Below the pieces are notes generated by a model. That model was not told the DNA's origin. It worked only from the letters and a program-made list of their open reading frames with translations, and ran no database searches. Positions 10,630 to 19,629 of a stretch of DNA of 64,000 bases are shown here, piece after piece; position 1 is the stretch's first letter; the number at the start of each line of letters is the position of its first letter. The stretch is from Candidatus Latescibacterota bacterium (GTDB taxonomy: Bacteria; Latescibacterota; UBA2968; GCA-2709665): contig CAXXJS010000019.1 in NCBI GenBank assembly GCA_963662665.2, forward strand, positions 1 through 64,000, written 5' to 3'. The position numbers and the translations under genes are program-made.

Positions 10630-11658
10630 ATGGCAGAACCGCTTCAACCCGTGGGCGTGGCCGTTATCGGCCCGGGCAGGATGGGCGGTCTTTACGCTCG
10701 AATCCTCAAACAGTCGGCGCTGACGAGGCTGGTTGCCGTTTGCGGCCAGGGCGAGGTGACCGCTCGAAGGGTGGCGGCTGAAATGGGAGTACCGGTCTAT
10801 ACGGGGGCCCGATACCGCGACATGCTCACTGACCATCCGCAGATCGAAGCGGTCGTTGTAGCCACCTCCGAATGGGCGCACGCGGACCCCGTTGCGGCCT
10901 GTCTGGAGTGCGGGAAACACGTCCTTGTGGAAAAGCCGATGGCGACGTCTCCTTCAGACGCCGCAGGCATGGTACACGAAGCGGACCGGAATAACGTGAA
11001 TCTCATGGTATGTCACAGCCTGCGTTTCGACCCCCGGTTCGCCGCCATGCGGGAGGCGGTCGACAGGGGCGAAATCGGCGAGGTCCTCCACGTTTACAGT
11101 CGCAGGTCCTCGCAACCCGCCGCCGTGGACCGGGTACTCGGCCAATTTCCGCTGGCCTATTGGTTGCTGCCGCACGATATCGATCTGGCGCTCTGGACGT
11201 CCCGAAGCGCGGTTGTGCGGGTGATGGCCTACGCGCGATCCGGCGGGCGGGGCAGGCAGGACCTGATCGTTGTCGTCCTGACCTTCGACTGCGGCGCGGT
11301 CGCCGTTCTGGAAAACGTATGGGGTTCTCCAGCGGGTGGCGGACGGCCTCAGAACCAACTCTTCACCGTACGCGGCTCGGAAGGGGCCGTGGAGGTCCTT
11401 CCGTACGAGAACGGTCTCGCGGTTTACGGCGCCGACGGCGTGGCGTACCCCGATACGTCCGTCGCCCCAGACGTTCACGGCCATACCGAGGGGACGTCTC
11501 GTTCGCTCATCCGGCACTTCGCGGGGGTGGTGCGGAACCTGTGGAAGCCGCTGATCACGTCCCGCGACGGGCTGGCGGTTGTCCGGGTCGCCTCCGCGGT
11601 CGATGCCTCGCTGAAGGAGGCGCGGGAAGTTACCATTCAACCGATGGGGGAGGTATGA
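10630..11658 (+). CDS. Gfo/Idh/MocA family oxidoreductase
   Basis: VIGPGRMG, GKHVLVEKPMA, HDID. Confidence 0.9.
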   Translation: MAEPLQPVGVAVIGPGRMGGLYARILKQSALTRLVAVCGQGEVTARRVAAEMGVPVYTGARYRDMLTDHPQIEAVVVATSEWAHADPVAACLECGKHVLVEKPMATSPSDAAGMVHEADRNNVNLMVCHSLRFDPRFAAMREAVDRGEIGEVLHVYSRRSSQPAAVDRVLGQFPLAYWLLPHDIDLALWTSRSAVVRVMAYARSGGRGRQDLIVVVLTFDCGAVAVLENVWGSPAGGGRPQNQLFTVRGSEGAVEVLPYENGLAVYGADGVAYPDTSVAPDVHGHTEGTSRSLIRHFAGVVRNLWKPLITSRDGLAVVRVASAVDASLKEAREVTIQPMGEV

Positions 11659-12038
11659 TCCGATCGATCGAACACATCGCGATTGTCGCCGCCGATTCCA
11701 ACGCACTCGCCCGCTGGTACTGCGACGTCCTGGGTTTCGAGATGATCCTTGAAAATGAAGAGAGCCGGACCTATTTCGTGCGTCTTCAGGGCGGGGGCAT
11801 CCTCGAGTTCCTGCCGTCGAACAACCGGTCGCCCGCGGACTGCGCCGCCGACGACGCGGGTATCCGGCATATTGCGTTGGCCGTGGATGACTTCGATTCG
11901 GCACGCCGGATGCTGGAGGACCGTGGCGCCGCATTCGTGGGGCCGTACCGTGAAACACCTGCCGGGACCCGATTCAACTTCCTGGCGGATCCGGAAGGAA
12001 ATCTGTTGCAGATTGTCTACCGTCCTGAGCCGTTATGA
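11655..12038 (+). CDS. VOC/glyoxalase family protein
   Basis: ATGA overlap with the upstream gene; IEHIAI, WYCDVLGF, HIALAVDD, FLADPEGNLLQI. Confidence 0.88.
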   Translation: MIRSIEHIAIVAADSNALARWYCDVLGFEMILENEESRTYFVRLQGGGILEFLPSNNRSPADCAADDAGIRHIALAVDDFDSARRMLEDRGAAFVGPYRETPAGTRFNFLADPEGNLLQIVYRPEPL

Positions 12039-12086
12039 CCGGAAGTCCCGCCGTATCTGCGGATGTGCCGGAACCCCTTTGGGACC

Positions 12087-13163
12087 TTATCGCTGGTATT
12101 TCGGCTCTCGCGGCGGCCTGTTTCGTTGCAGCCGGAACCTGCTCCCGGTCAGCGGCAATTCCATCCTCGCCCCTCCCCTGACGTGCGATTCGACAAACGC
12201 GAAGATGAGTTCGGTGTTGGCGCGCGCCGTCCTGACACCGCCACGCGGCGGTTCGCCGGTGTCCAGCGAACGGACGAGGTCTTCGATCAGCCGTACGGTT
12301 GAACTGGCGGGTTCGAAGTCCGGAAATTCCCGTGGTACCAACTGGGGCCGGCCCCGGTGGTCCTCGGCGCCTTGTTCGCGTACGTGCCATTCGATTCCGT
12401 TGCGCATCCCAGTAACCACGCCCCGGTCGCCGATCGCCTCCACTTCCATACCCCGTCCCGAATTCAGTGCGTATGCGGTCACGCCGTTTTCAAATTGCAG
12501 GATGCCGTGGCCCACCGGGTCCTCGGTCAGACGTTCGCCGTCGATTACCTGATCCCCGTTCGGAAGATGGGCCTGAACCCACGTTACGGGGTTGTCGCTG
12601 TTGAGCCACGTGAGTACGTCGAAGCTGTGACTGGCTCCGTTGAAGAGCGGGCCGGTCTGATGCACGATCAGCGACCGCAGCCGGCCTATCCTTCCGCTGT
12701 CGATCAGATCCTTCATTGTGTCGTATCCGGGATCCCAGCGGCGGTTGGTGCCCAGGTTGAAAATGGCGCCGTTACGCTCGAGAGCCGCCACCATCGCGTC
12801 GGCTTCGCCGAGCGATGCGGCCATGGCCTTTTCCCCGTAGATCGCCCTTACCCCCCGTTCGGTCGCATCGACGACGATTTGCGCGCGCTGTTCGGGCTGT
12901 GTGGCGACGCTGACGATATCCGGTCGTTCACGTTCAATCATCTCCCGGTAGTCGAAGTACTGCTTGTCGCCGGGCACACCATAGCGGAGTCCGACCTGGT
13001 TCATGGCTTCACCGCGCAGATCCGAGCAGGCGATCATTTCCGTACGTTCGCAGGCCTCGTATCCCGCCGCATGCGAATAGGCGCTCCAGGAATCCGGTAC
13101 CTCGTTGTCAATGAAAGCGCCCATTCGGCTGCAGCCGATCAGTGCGGCTTTATAGATTTCCAT
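12087..13163 (-). CDS. Gfo/Idh/MocA family oxidoreductase
   Basis: AALIGCSRMG, IYGEKAMA; start placed at MEIYK after a GAGGA RBS. Confidence 0.85.
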   Translation of the reverse strand: MEIYKAALIGCSRMGAFIDNEVPDSWSAYSHAAGYEACERTEMIACSDLRGEAMNQVGLRYGVPGDKQYFDYREMIERERPDIVSVATQPEQRAQIVVDATERGVRAIYGEKAMAASLGEADAMVAALERNGAIFNLGTNRRWDPGYDTMKDLIDSGRIGRLRSLIVHQTGPLFNGASHSFDVLTWLNSDNPVTWVQAHLPNGDQVIDGERLTEDPVGHGILQFENGVTAYALNSGRGMEVEAIGDRGVVTGMRNGIEWHVREQGAEDHRGRPQLVPREFPDFEPASSTVRLIEDLVRSLDTGEPPRGGVRTARANTELIFAFVESHVRGGARMELPLTGSRFRLQRNRPPREPKYQR

Positions 13164-13372
13164 CGAATTTTCAATCCTCATATAAACGGTTTTTCCCAGC
13201 CGCGAGGGACGATGCCGGCCGCACCGTCTCCGAGCCAGCGTCGCCTCGGACGCTCCGAATATTCTATTGTGCGTTTTAAGGCGCGGAATCGATAATATTC
13301 GCCCAACTGACGGAGATGTCAAGGCCAAACGTCTTTAAGGAACCGTCGCACGGAATGGTTACCTCATTAAAC

Positions 13373-13401
13373 TTGACTTCGCCCGAAATTTCGTATAGAT
13401 T
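13373..13401 (+). promoter_or_regulatory. sigma70-type promoter for tRNA-Val
   Basis: TTGACT-17 bp-TAGATT. Confidence 0.6.
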
Positions 13402-13534
13402 TCCCGTCCGGAATTGCGCATTGGATGGCGCCTTCGTTACGAACTTGCGCCCAGCCTGCAGGTGCAATTCCAGCCGCCCCGTAGTTGATTGTCGCCGGTT
13501 TCCGGGTGTTCAACGTGACGGGTTTCTAATGGAT

Positions 13535-13611
13535 GGGCGATTAGCTCAGGTGGTTAGAGTGCTTGCTTGACATGCAAGAGGTCACTGGTTCGAGTCCAGT
13601 ATCGCCCACCA
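13535..13611 (+). tRNA. tRNA-Val(GAC)
   Basis: GGGCGAT/ATCGCCC acceptor stem, CTTGC-TTGACAT-GCAAG anticodon arm, GGTTCGAGTCC, encoded CCA. Confidence 0.97.
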
Positions 13612-13629
13612 TTTTATATTAATAAAAAT

Positions 13630-13663
13630 AAAGGACTTACGACATAAACGTCGTAAGTCCTTT
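13630..13663 (+). terminator. Perfect 14-bp hairpin downstream of tRNA-Val
   Basis: AAAGGACTTACGAC-ataaac-GTCGTAAGTCCTTT followed by T-rich sequence. Confidence 0.7.
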
Positions 13664-13909
13664 CTCGTTTTTGTCGGCGGTGCCGCAATATTCCGGTTCG
13701 GATGAGCCATCGTAGCGACGACCAGGCATGCATCCGTCGCAACAGGAGTATCGGCCAGCGTTCGGCACCCGCACCGTTGGTAGGCACCGGGCGTTTTTCA
13801 TCGTTGTTCTTGCTTTGTGCGCTGCATTTCAGTACCATACCGCACCAGCCGTCGAAGCGCCGGCTTAACGTGAAAATCCGTAGACACCGCGGCAGGAGGA
13901 ACAGATCCC

Positions 13910-15070
13910 GTGCAGGAAACAGGCCACCAGGGAACGCGGTATACCGAAGACCTGGCGGCGTCGCCGTCGGGCTATGGAAGCGCGGTTTTCAACAGGTGTA
14001 AGTTCGTTCAGGTACTCAACGATATCCACGGTCAGACGGACGTGGATGCACTACGCAAGAGAACGTTGAGTGTTCGTAACGTCGTGGAATCTCCCGGTCG
14101 CATCTCCGGGTGTTTATCGGAGCAGAACCCGGGGCGCGATACCGTTTCGTTGCGAAGGGACGTACTGATTTCGGAGCTGAATCAGATCCTTGAGGCGCAA
14201 ACGGTCGAACGCGCCAGGTACTACGTCAGACGGCTGCGCGACGGCGTCCACAAGGTCAGGAAGACGGAACTCAACGACATCAATCTTCTGCGTTGGAAGG
14301 AGTACGAGGACGTCATCACGGACAGCCTGTGGGTCGTGGGCCGGCGGGACTCATCGGGCGGTCATCTTGGATGGTATTGGGGGAACTTTATCCCACAGAT
14401 ACCGCAACAGATGATGCTGCGGTACACGCGGCGGCAAGACTGGGTGATTGACGCTTTCTCGGGCAGCGGGACGACGCTGATCGAATGCAGGCGGCTTGGG
14501 CGCAACGGCATTGGCCTGGAACTCAACAGCGAAATCGCGACGGAAGCGAACAAGCTGATTGAGGCAATACCCAATTGCGACCGGGTGACAACGGAAGTCG
14601 TGGTTGGCGACAGCCGGAAGATCGACGTTCGCGCCGCTCTGGAGAAGAATCGCGTCAAGCAGGTGCAGCTACTGATCATGCATCCCCCCTATCACGACAT
14701 CATTCGATTTTCCGATGACAGCGATGATCTTTCCAATGCAGGAAGCACGGAACGATTTCTTCAAATGTTCGGTCAGACGGTGGACAACCTGACACCGTTT
14801 CTGGAGACCGATCGATACTTTGCTCTCGTCGTAGGCGACAAATATTCCAATGGCGAGTGGCTACCGCTCGGGTTTTATTGTATGAATGAAGTGCTCAGTC
14901 GACACTATGCGTTGAAGAGCATCGTCGTTAAGAATTACGACGAAACGAGATCCAAGCGGCGGCAGGCGGAACTCTGGCGTTACCGGGCTCTTGCCGGGGG
15001 TTTCTACGTCTTCAAGCACGAGTACATATTTATCTTCAGGAAGACCGGCGACCCCACAACCGTTGTCTGA
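13910..15070 (+). CDS. Orphan amino-group (N4C/N6A-type) nucleic-acid methyltransferase
   Basis: GNFIPQIP, DAFSGSGTT SAM motif, IMHPPY catalytic motif, KHEYIFIFRK. Confidence 0.8.
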   Translation: MQETGHQGTRYTEDLAASPSGYGSAVFNRCKFVQVLNDIHGQTDVDALRKRTLSVRNVVESPGRISGCLSEQNPGRDTVSLRRDVLISELNQILEAQTVERARYYVRRLRDGVHKVRKTELNDINLLRWKEYEDVITDSLWVVGRRDSSGGHLGWYWGNFIPQIPQQMMLRYTRRQDWVIDAFSGSGTTLIECRRLGRNGIGLELNSEIATEANKLIEAIPNCDRVTTEVVVGDSRKIDVRAALEKNRVKQVQLLIMHPPYHDIIRFSDDSDDLSNAGSTERFLQMFGQTVDNLTPFLETDRYFALVVGDKYSNGEWLPLGFYCMNEVLSRHYALKSIVVKNYDETRSKRRQAELWRYRALAGGFYVFKHEYIFIFRKTGDPTTVV

Positions 15071-15199
15071 TTCCTTCCCGAGCCGGCTCAGGCATTGGGA
15101 GTCCGGCCGTCTCTTTAGATACGTACGGTAGCAGAAAGTACCTTAAATAACCGTACGACACCGTCGGTGGCATTCTGATTCCGGGCGAAAGGGAAAACA

Positions 15200-17464
15200 G
15201 TGATTCCGAACCCAACCGCCGCAACTGAGGGCGGCACGTCCCCGGCTTCCCAGCGAGGACACGGATTCGGCACGGCGCCGGTCTTTCTCGCGTCGGTAAG
15301 CACGATCCTCGGTGCCATCCTGTTCCTTCGATTCGGTTACGCCGTTGCGCATGCCGGACTCTGGGGCAGTCTGATGATCATCGTTCTGGGACACCTGGTG
15401 ACCATTCCCACGGTCCTGGCGGTCTCCGAGATCGCAACCAACCGTCGCGTGGCCGGCGGGGGCGCCTATTTCATCATCAGCCGCTCGTTCGGAACGAGTA
15501 TCGGCGGCTCGATCGGCATCGCACTCTACCTTTCCCAGGCGATATCGGTTGCATTCTATCTGGTCGCGTTCGCGGAGGCGTTCCAGCCGGTCTATGAATG
15601 GGCTTCCGCGACACATCAGGTGAACGCCGACCCCCGATGGGTGAGCCTGTCGACGACGGTCCTGCTTATCTTGTTGATGCTCGTGAAAGGCGCCGGCGTG
15701 GGCGTCGGCGCGCTGTGGGTCGTCAGCGCGATACTGGGGGTGTCCATCGTCTCATTCCTTTTCGGACAGGGACCCGAATGCATCCGCCCCGACGCGCTGC
15801 ACCTGACCGACAGTATTGAAGATGCGGACTCGTTTGGAATCATATTCGCCACGTGCTTTCCGGCCTTCACCGGCATGATCGCCGGCCTGGGACTCTCAGG
15901 GGACCTGAAGAACCCCCAGCGGAGCATCCCTGTTGGAATTATCGCGGCGACACTGGTAGGTATGGTCGTTTACTCGCTGGTCGCGATCAAGCTCGCACAG
16001 AGTGCGACACCCGAGGCCCTGAACGGCGATCAGTTCATCATGGCGCAGATCGCGATCTGGGGTCCGGCGATTTATCTTGGACTGGGCGCAGCGGCCATCT
16101 CATCGGCCCTTGGTTCGATCCTCGTCGCTCCAAGAACGCTGCAGGCGCTCGCCAGGGACAAAGTGTTCCCCATACCAAAATTGAACGGCCTGCTTGCGAA
16201 GGGCGTGGGCAGGGCGCAGGAGCCGGTATACGCGACCTGCGTTTCAAGCGCGATTGCGGTGGTATTCGTCTTTCTGGGAGATATTGACTTCATTGCGCAG
16301 ATTCTCAGCATGTTCTTCATGGTAACCTACGGCGCCCTTTGTTCGGTCTCGTTTCTCGAATACTTCGCGGGGAATCCGTCCTACCGGCCCACGTTTCATT
16401 CGCGCTGGTACGTGTCTCTGATCGGTGCGTTCATGTGCGCACTGATGATGATCCAGATGAGTTTCCAGTACTCCCTTATCTCCATCGCTCTCATGGCCGC
16501 GATATACTTAGGGCTGCGGCGCACGCGAAAAGGAGAACGCGACCTCACGGCGATCTTTCAGGGGACGATGTTTCAGTTGACGCGCCGCCTTCAGATCACG
16601 CTGCAGAAGAACCACGTAGAGAAGTACGACGGCGGGTGGCGACCCTCGATTGTCGCGGTGACCCGATTCGGCGACCGGCGTCTGGGGCATTTCGACGTGT
16701 TGCGGTGGATCAGCCACAGGCACGGATTCGGGCATTTTGTCCAGTATTTTCAAGGCGAATACTCGTACGACGACGAGGAGCAAGCCCGTTCTCAGGTTGA
16801 TAAACTCATCGAACGGGTGGATGTCAGCGGGGCCGGCATTTTCGTCGATTCTCTGATCTGTCCGTCGTTCCGGCAGGCGCTGGCGCAGACGCTTCAGATG
16901 CCCGGCATCTCGGGCCTGCCCAACAACTGCATCCTGTTTGAGTTCGACAAGGACCATCCGGAGGAAATCGACGAAACGGCCGAGGGCGCGCGACTCGCGG
17001 CCCAGTCGATGTTCAATGTCCTGGTCCTGCGTTCCACAAACTACCGGTTCGGTTACAGATCTTCCATTCATCTGTGGGTGACGGAGGACAATCTTTCGAA
17101 TGCTCCGCTGATGCTCCTGCTGGCTTACATCGTCGTGGGCCATCGCGACTGGCGGCGGGCTGAGATCCGTCTCTTCGCCTGCCATTCATCGGGAGACCCG
17201 GAACGCGAGACGCAAAGGCTCGCCAGCCTGATGTCGGACGGGCGGTTGCCTATTTCGATGCAGAATGTGACCTCCGTTGAATGCGCGACCGGTGAGTCCG
17301 TGGAGGAGGAGGTCTCCCGCCGGTCTTCCGAGGCCGACCTGGTGGTCGCCGGCCTGACCGAAGGCGAAATCCAGTCTGACCAGTTGGAAGACGCGCTGGG
17401 GCGCTACGCCGGTGCGAATGACGTTCTATTCGTCCATGCGAGAGAGAAAATAGTAATCGAATGA
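15200..17464 (+). CDS. SLC12/cation-chloride cotransporter-like APC permease
   Basis: TILGAILFLRFG, SEIATN, GGGAYFIISRSFG, FPAFTGMIAG..LSGDLKNP, YRPTF and a WRPSI C-terminal soluble domain. Confidence 0.85.
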   Translation: MIPNPTAATEGGTSPASQRGHGFGTAPVFLASVSTILGAILFLRFGYAVAHAGLWGSLMIIVLGHLVTIPTVLAVSEIATNRRVAGGGAYFIISRSFGTSIGGSIGIALYLSQAISVAFYLVAFAEAFQPVYEWASATHQVNADPRWVSLSTTVLLILLMLVKGAGVGVGALWVVSAILGVSIVSFLFGQGPECIRPDALHLTDSIEDADSFGIIFATCFPAFTGMIAGLGLSGDLKNPQRSIPVGIIAATLVGMVVYSLVAIKLAQSATPEALNGDQFIMAQIAIWGPAIYLGLGAAAISSALGSILVAPRTLQALARDKVFPIPKLNGLLAKGVGRAQEPVYATCVSSAIAVVFVFLGDIDFIAQILSMFFMVTYGALCSVSFLEYFAGNPSYRPTFHSRWYVSLIGAFMCALMMIQMSFQYSLISIALMAAIYLGLRRTRKGERDLTAIFQGTMFQLTRRLQITLQKNHVEKYDGGWRPSIVAVTRFGDRRLGHFDVLRWISHRHGFGHFVQYFQGEYSYDDEEQARSQVDKLIERVDVSGAGIFVDSLICPSFRQALAQTLQMPGISGLPNNCILFEFDKDHPEEIDETAEGARLAAQSMFNVLVLRSTNYRFGYRSSIHLWVTEDNLSNAPLMLLLAYIVVGHRDWRRAEIRLFACHSSGDPERETQRLASLMSDGRLPISMQNVTSVECATGESVEEEVSRRSSEADLVVAGLTEGEIQSDQLEDALGRYAGANDVLFVHAREKIVIE

Positions 17465-17507
17465 TCTGCCTTCGCCAACCCGCCCGTTTCCGTGAGGAGC
17501 GTCTGCA

Positions 17508-18323
17508 ATGAAAACCACGAACGGACACACGGACGTAGAGGGACCCGTCGAATCCCCTCCGATCCATCCCATGACGGAATACGAAAAATTCCTCTTCGAC
17601 CTGAAGGGTTTTTTCATTGTACCCGGCGTGCTCACTGACGATGAAGTAAAAAGTGTTCGCGAGCACGTCGACATCTATATGAAAAATCCGGAAAGCCTGC
17701 CGGATCACCACCGGGCGCCCATTGCCGGCCCCGCGGAATACCTGATCGATCACCCCAGAGTCATGGGCATCCTGCAGGAGGTGATACACCCGGAACGCGA
17801 CCGCATCCGTCTGGAAAGCGTCTTTGTTTCGGGCCGATCTGCCCGGACAACCCAGAACCAGTGGCGGCCCCACGTGGGCGGTACGAATCTCGATCCGTCC
17901 CTGTCCTATCGCTTTCACAATGGGCGAATCTACAGCGGGATGACACGCATCGTATGGGAACTGAACGAAGTCAGGAAAGGGCAGGGCGGCACCTGCCTGG
18001 TGCCCGGGTCTCACAAAGCCAATCTGGTTTCGGCTCAGGACGGGACCTGGCCGGAACAGGCCGACGACCCCGAATCGGGACTCTGGGAGACCTACGGGTG
18101 TCCGCCGGGGAGTCTTGTCGTATTCTCCGAGGGGGTGCGGCATACCGGATCAGCCTGGACGAACGCGGACAATCCCCGCTGTGCCATTCTGATCGCTTAC
18201 AACTACGTCACGGTCCGGTTCCACGAACCCAAACCCTGCATGAATCCCGTGGTAATCGGTGGAATGGCCGAAGTACGCCAGAGGTTTTTCAGGGACGTAT
18301 GGATCCTGCCGAACAGGAGATAG
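17508..18323 (+). CDS. Phytanoyl-CoA dioxygenase (PhyH)-fold Fe(II)/2OG enzyme with HxG motif
   Basis: FDLKGFFIVPGVL, PHVGG, VPGSHK, PGSLVVFSEGVRHTG; GAGGAG RBS. Confidence 0.85.
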   Translation: MKTTNGHTDVEGPVESPPIHPMTEYEKFLFDLKGFFIVPGVLTDDEVKSVREHVDIYMKNPESLPDHHRAPIAGPAEYLIDHPRVMGILQEVIHPERDRIRLESVFVSGRSARTTQNQWRPHVGGTNLDPSLSYRFHNGRIYSGMTRIVWELNEVRKGQGGTCLVPGSHKANLVSAQDGTWPEQADDPESGLWETYGCPPGSLVVFSEGVRHTGSAWTNADNPRCAILIAYNYVTVRFHEPKPCMNPVVIGGMAEVRQRFFRDVWILPNRR

Positions 18324-18350
18324 CCGGCAGGATATCCATGGCTCGAAAGG

Positions 18351-18387
18351 AAAAAAGCCCGGCCAAACCAATGGCTTCGGGCTTTTT
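18351..18387. terminator. Bidirectional intrinsic terminator
   Basis: AAAAAAGCCCGG...TTCGGGCTTTTT between convergent genes. Confidence 0.7.
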
Positions 18388-18422
18388 CGGTTTCTGAGTT
18401 TTAATTCGGAATTCGGCGCGGG

Positions 18423-19295
18423 TCAGCCCTCCCACCGCCCCGGATCGATTGCGCGCGCGTCGTTCTTCATGCCCTTCGGTTTGTGCGGCTGGTTCCAGTC
18501 CAGACCGGTTGTGTTGGGGCTTTGAAGAAAACGCCTCGTTTCCGCAGGGGCCGCCGCCACGAGTTCAGGGTCCCATTCCGGCATCGGTTGAATCGGCCCC
18601 GCCCAGGCCGGGCGGTACCCCAGCTGAACCAGCGTCCGTTGGGTAGGCGACCTGTTCGGATGGGTGCCGTGGAACAGGTTGATGGGGATAACCAGCGCCG
18701 TACCTGCATTGACGCAGAGGGTAACCTCGCCCGGATGGTATTTGTAACGCACGTAGGGGTTGGCTTCGGCGTGAAACGACAGATGGGAGCGGGGGACGAG
18801 CCGGAATGGCGCCCGCTCCGGAGTCAGGTCGTCAAGGTAGTACAGCACGCGGAGCAGACGCGGGGAACTTCCTTCGTATCCGAAGATGGACGAGCCGAAC
18901 GGCTGGCCGTCGGTGTGCAGCGAAATGGGTGGCGAACCCGATAGTGTCCTCGTGAAGAGTCCCCGGGTGAATACGATGTCGTCGCCGAGCAACGTTTCCA
19001 GGATCGCGATCATTGGCGGATGTGCGATCAGTTCGGCCATGGCCCGGCTGCGCCACTGCGGCTCCAGACAAAACGTCTGCGCGTCGCTGTAATCTTTCGT
19101 CTGCATCGGCGCATCGGCCATTTCGCGTTGGATCCGGTCCATGTGATCCGCGTCGAGGATGTCCGGAAGAACGACGTAACCCTCCACCTCGAGGTGGCGG
19201 ATCTGTTCTCCCGTCGAAAGGCTGCTGAAGTCGGTTTCGTCCAGGTTCATGAAACCGATCTCTTCGTCAGGGTCGATTCGTACGTCTGTTTGCAT
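18423..19295 (-). CDS. Phytanoyl-CoA dioxygenase family protein (canonical HxD)
   Basis: EGYVVLPDIL, LHTDG, VPRSH, LFHGTHPN; start MQTDV after AGGAGA. Confidence 0.87.
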   Translation of the reverse strand: MQTDVRIDPDEEIGFMNLDETDFSSLSTGEQIRHLEVEGYVVLPDILDADHMDRIQREMADAPMQTKDYSDAQTFCLEPQWRSRAMAELIAHPPMIAILETLLGDDIVFTRGLFTRTLSGSPPISLHTDGQPFGSSIFGYEGSSPRLLRVLYYLDDLTPERAPFRLVPRSHLSFHAEANPYVRYKYHPGEVTLCVNAGTALVIPINLFHGTHPNRSPTQRTLVQLGYRPAWAGPIQPMPEWDPELVAAAPAETRRFLQSPNTTGLDWNQPHKPKGMKNDARAIDPGRWEG

Positions 19296-19629
19296 GGTGG
19301 TTCTCCTTTTTCCGGCCGCCCCGGTGGCCGCAGAAACCCCGTGCGGGATGTTTCGTTTGTCTTTTTCGTGTAGACCGAGAGGCGTGGATTTCGCGAGGAC
19401 GACGGCAATCGTGAGTTTCGGCGATGGAACGACTATGGGATGCCGCGTCAAAGGCATTGACCGCGAGGGGCGCGAACTCACCGTGGAGACAACGGATGAT
19501 CCCGGATTCTCGATCGACAGCGGCGGGATGCGACATTTGTTCTTTCCGCTGCGTGCGATCAAGGGTCCGGTGACCTGCCGCATCCGGACGTCGGCTTTTG
19601 TGTGGTTGGACGGGTAAGGATCCGGGCGT

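Noticed and set aside
13408-13480. tRNA T-arm-like GCAGGTGCAATTCCAGC upstream of tRNA-Val
   Set aside because: No acceptor stem or D-arm can be built; it is better explained as a leader hairpin (GGAATTGCGC/GTGCAATTCC).
19296-19629. 335-bp intergenic region and the N-terminal extension of ORF 18423-19754
   Set aside because: No riboswitch consensus recognised; a good RBS places the start at 19295.
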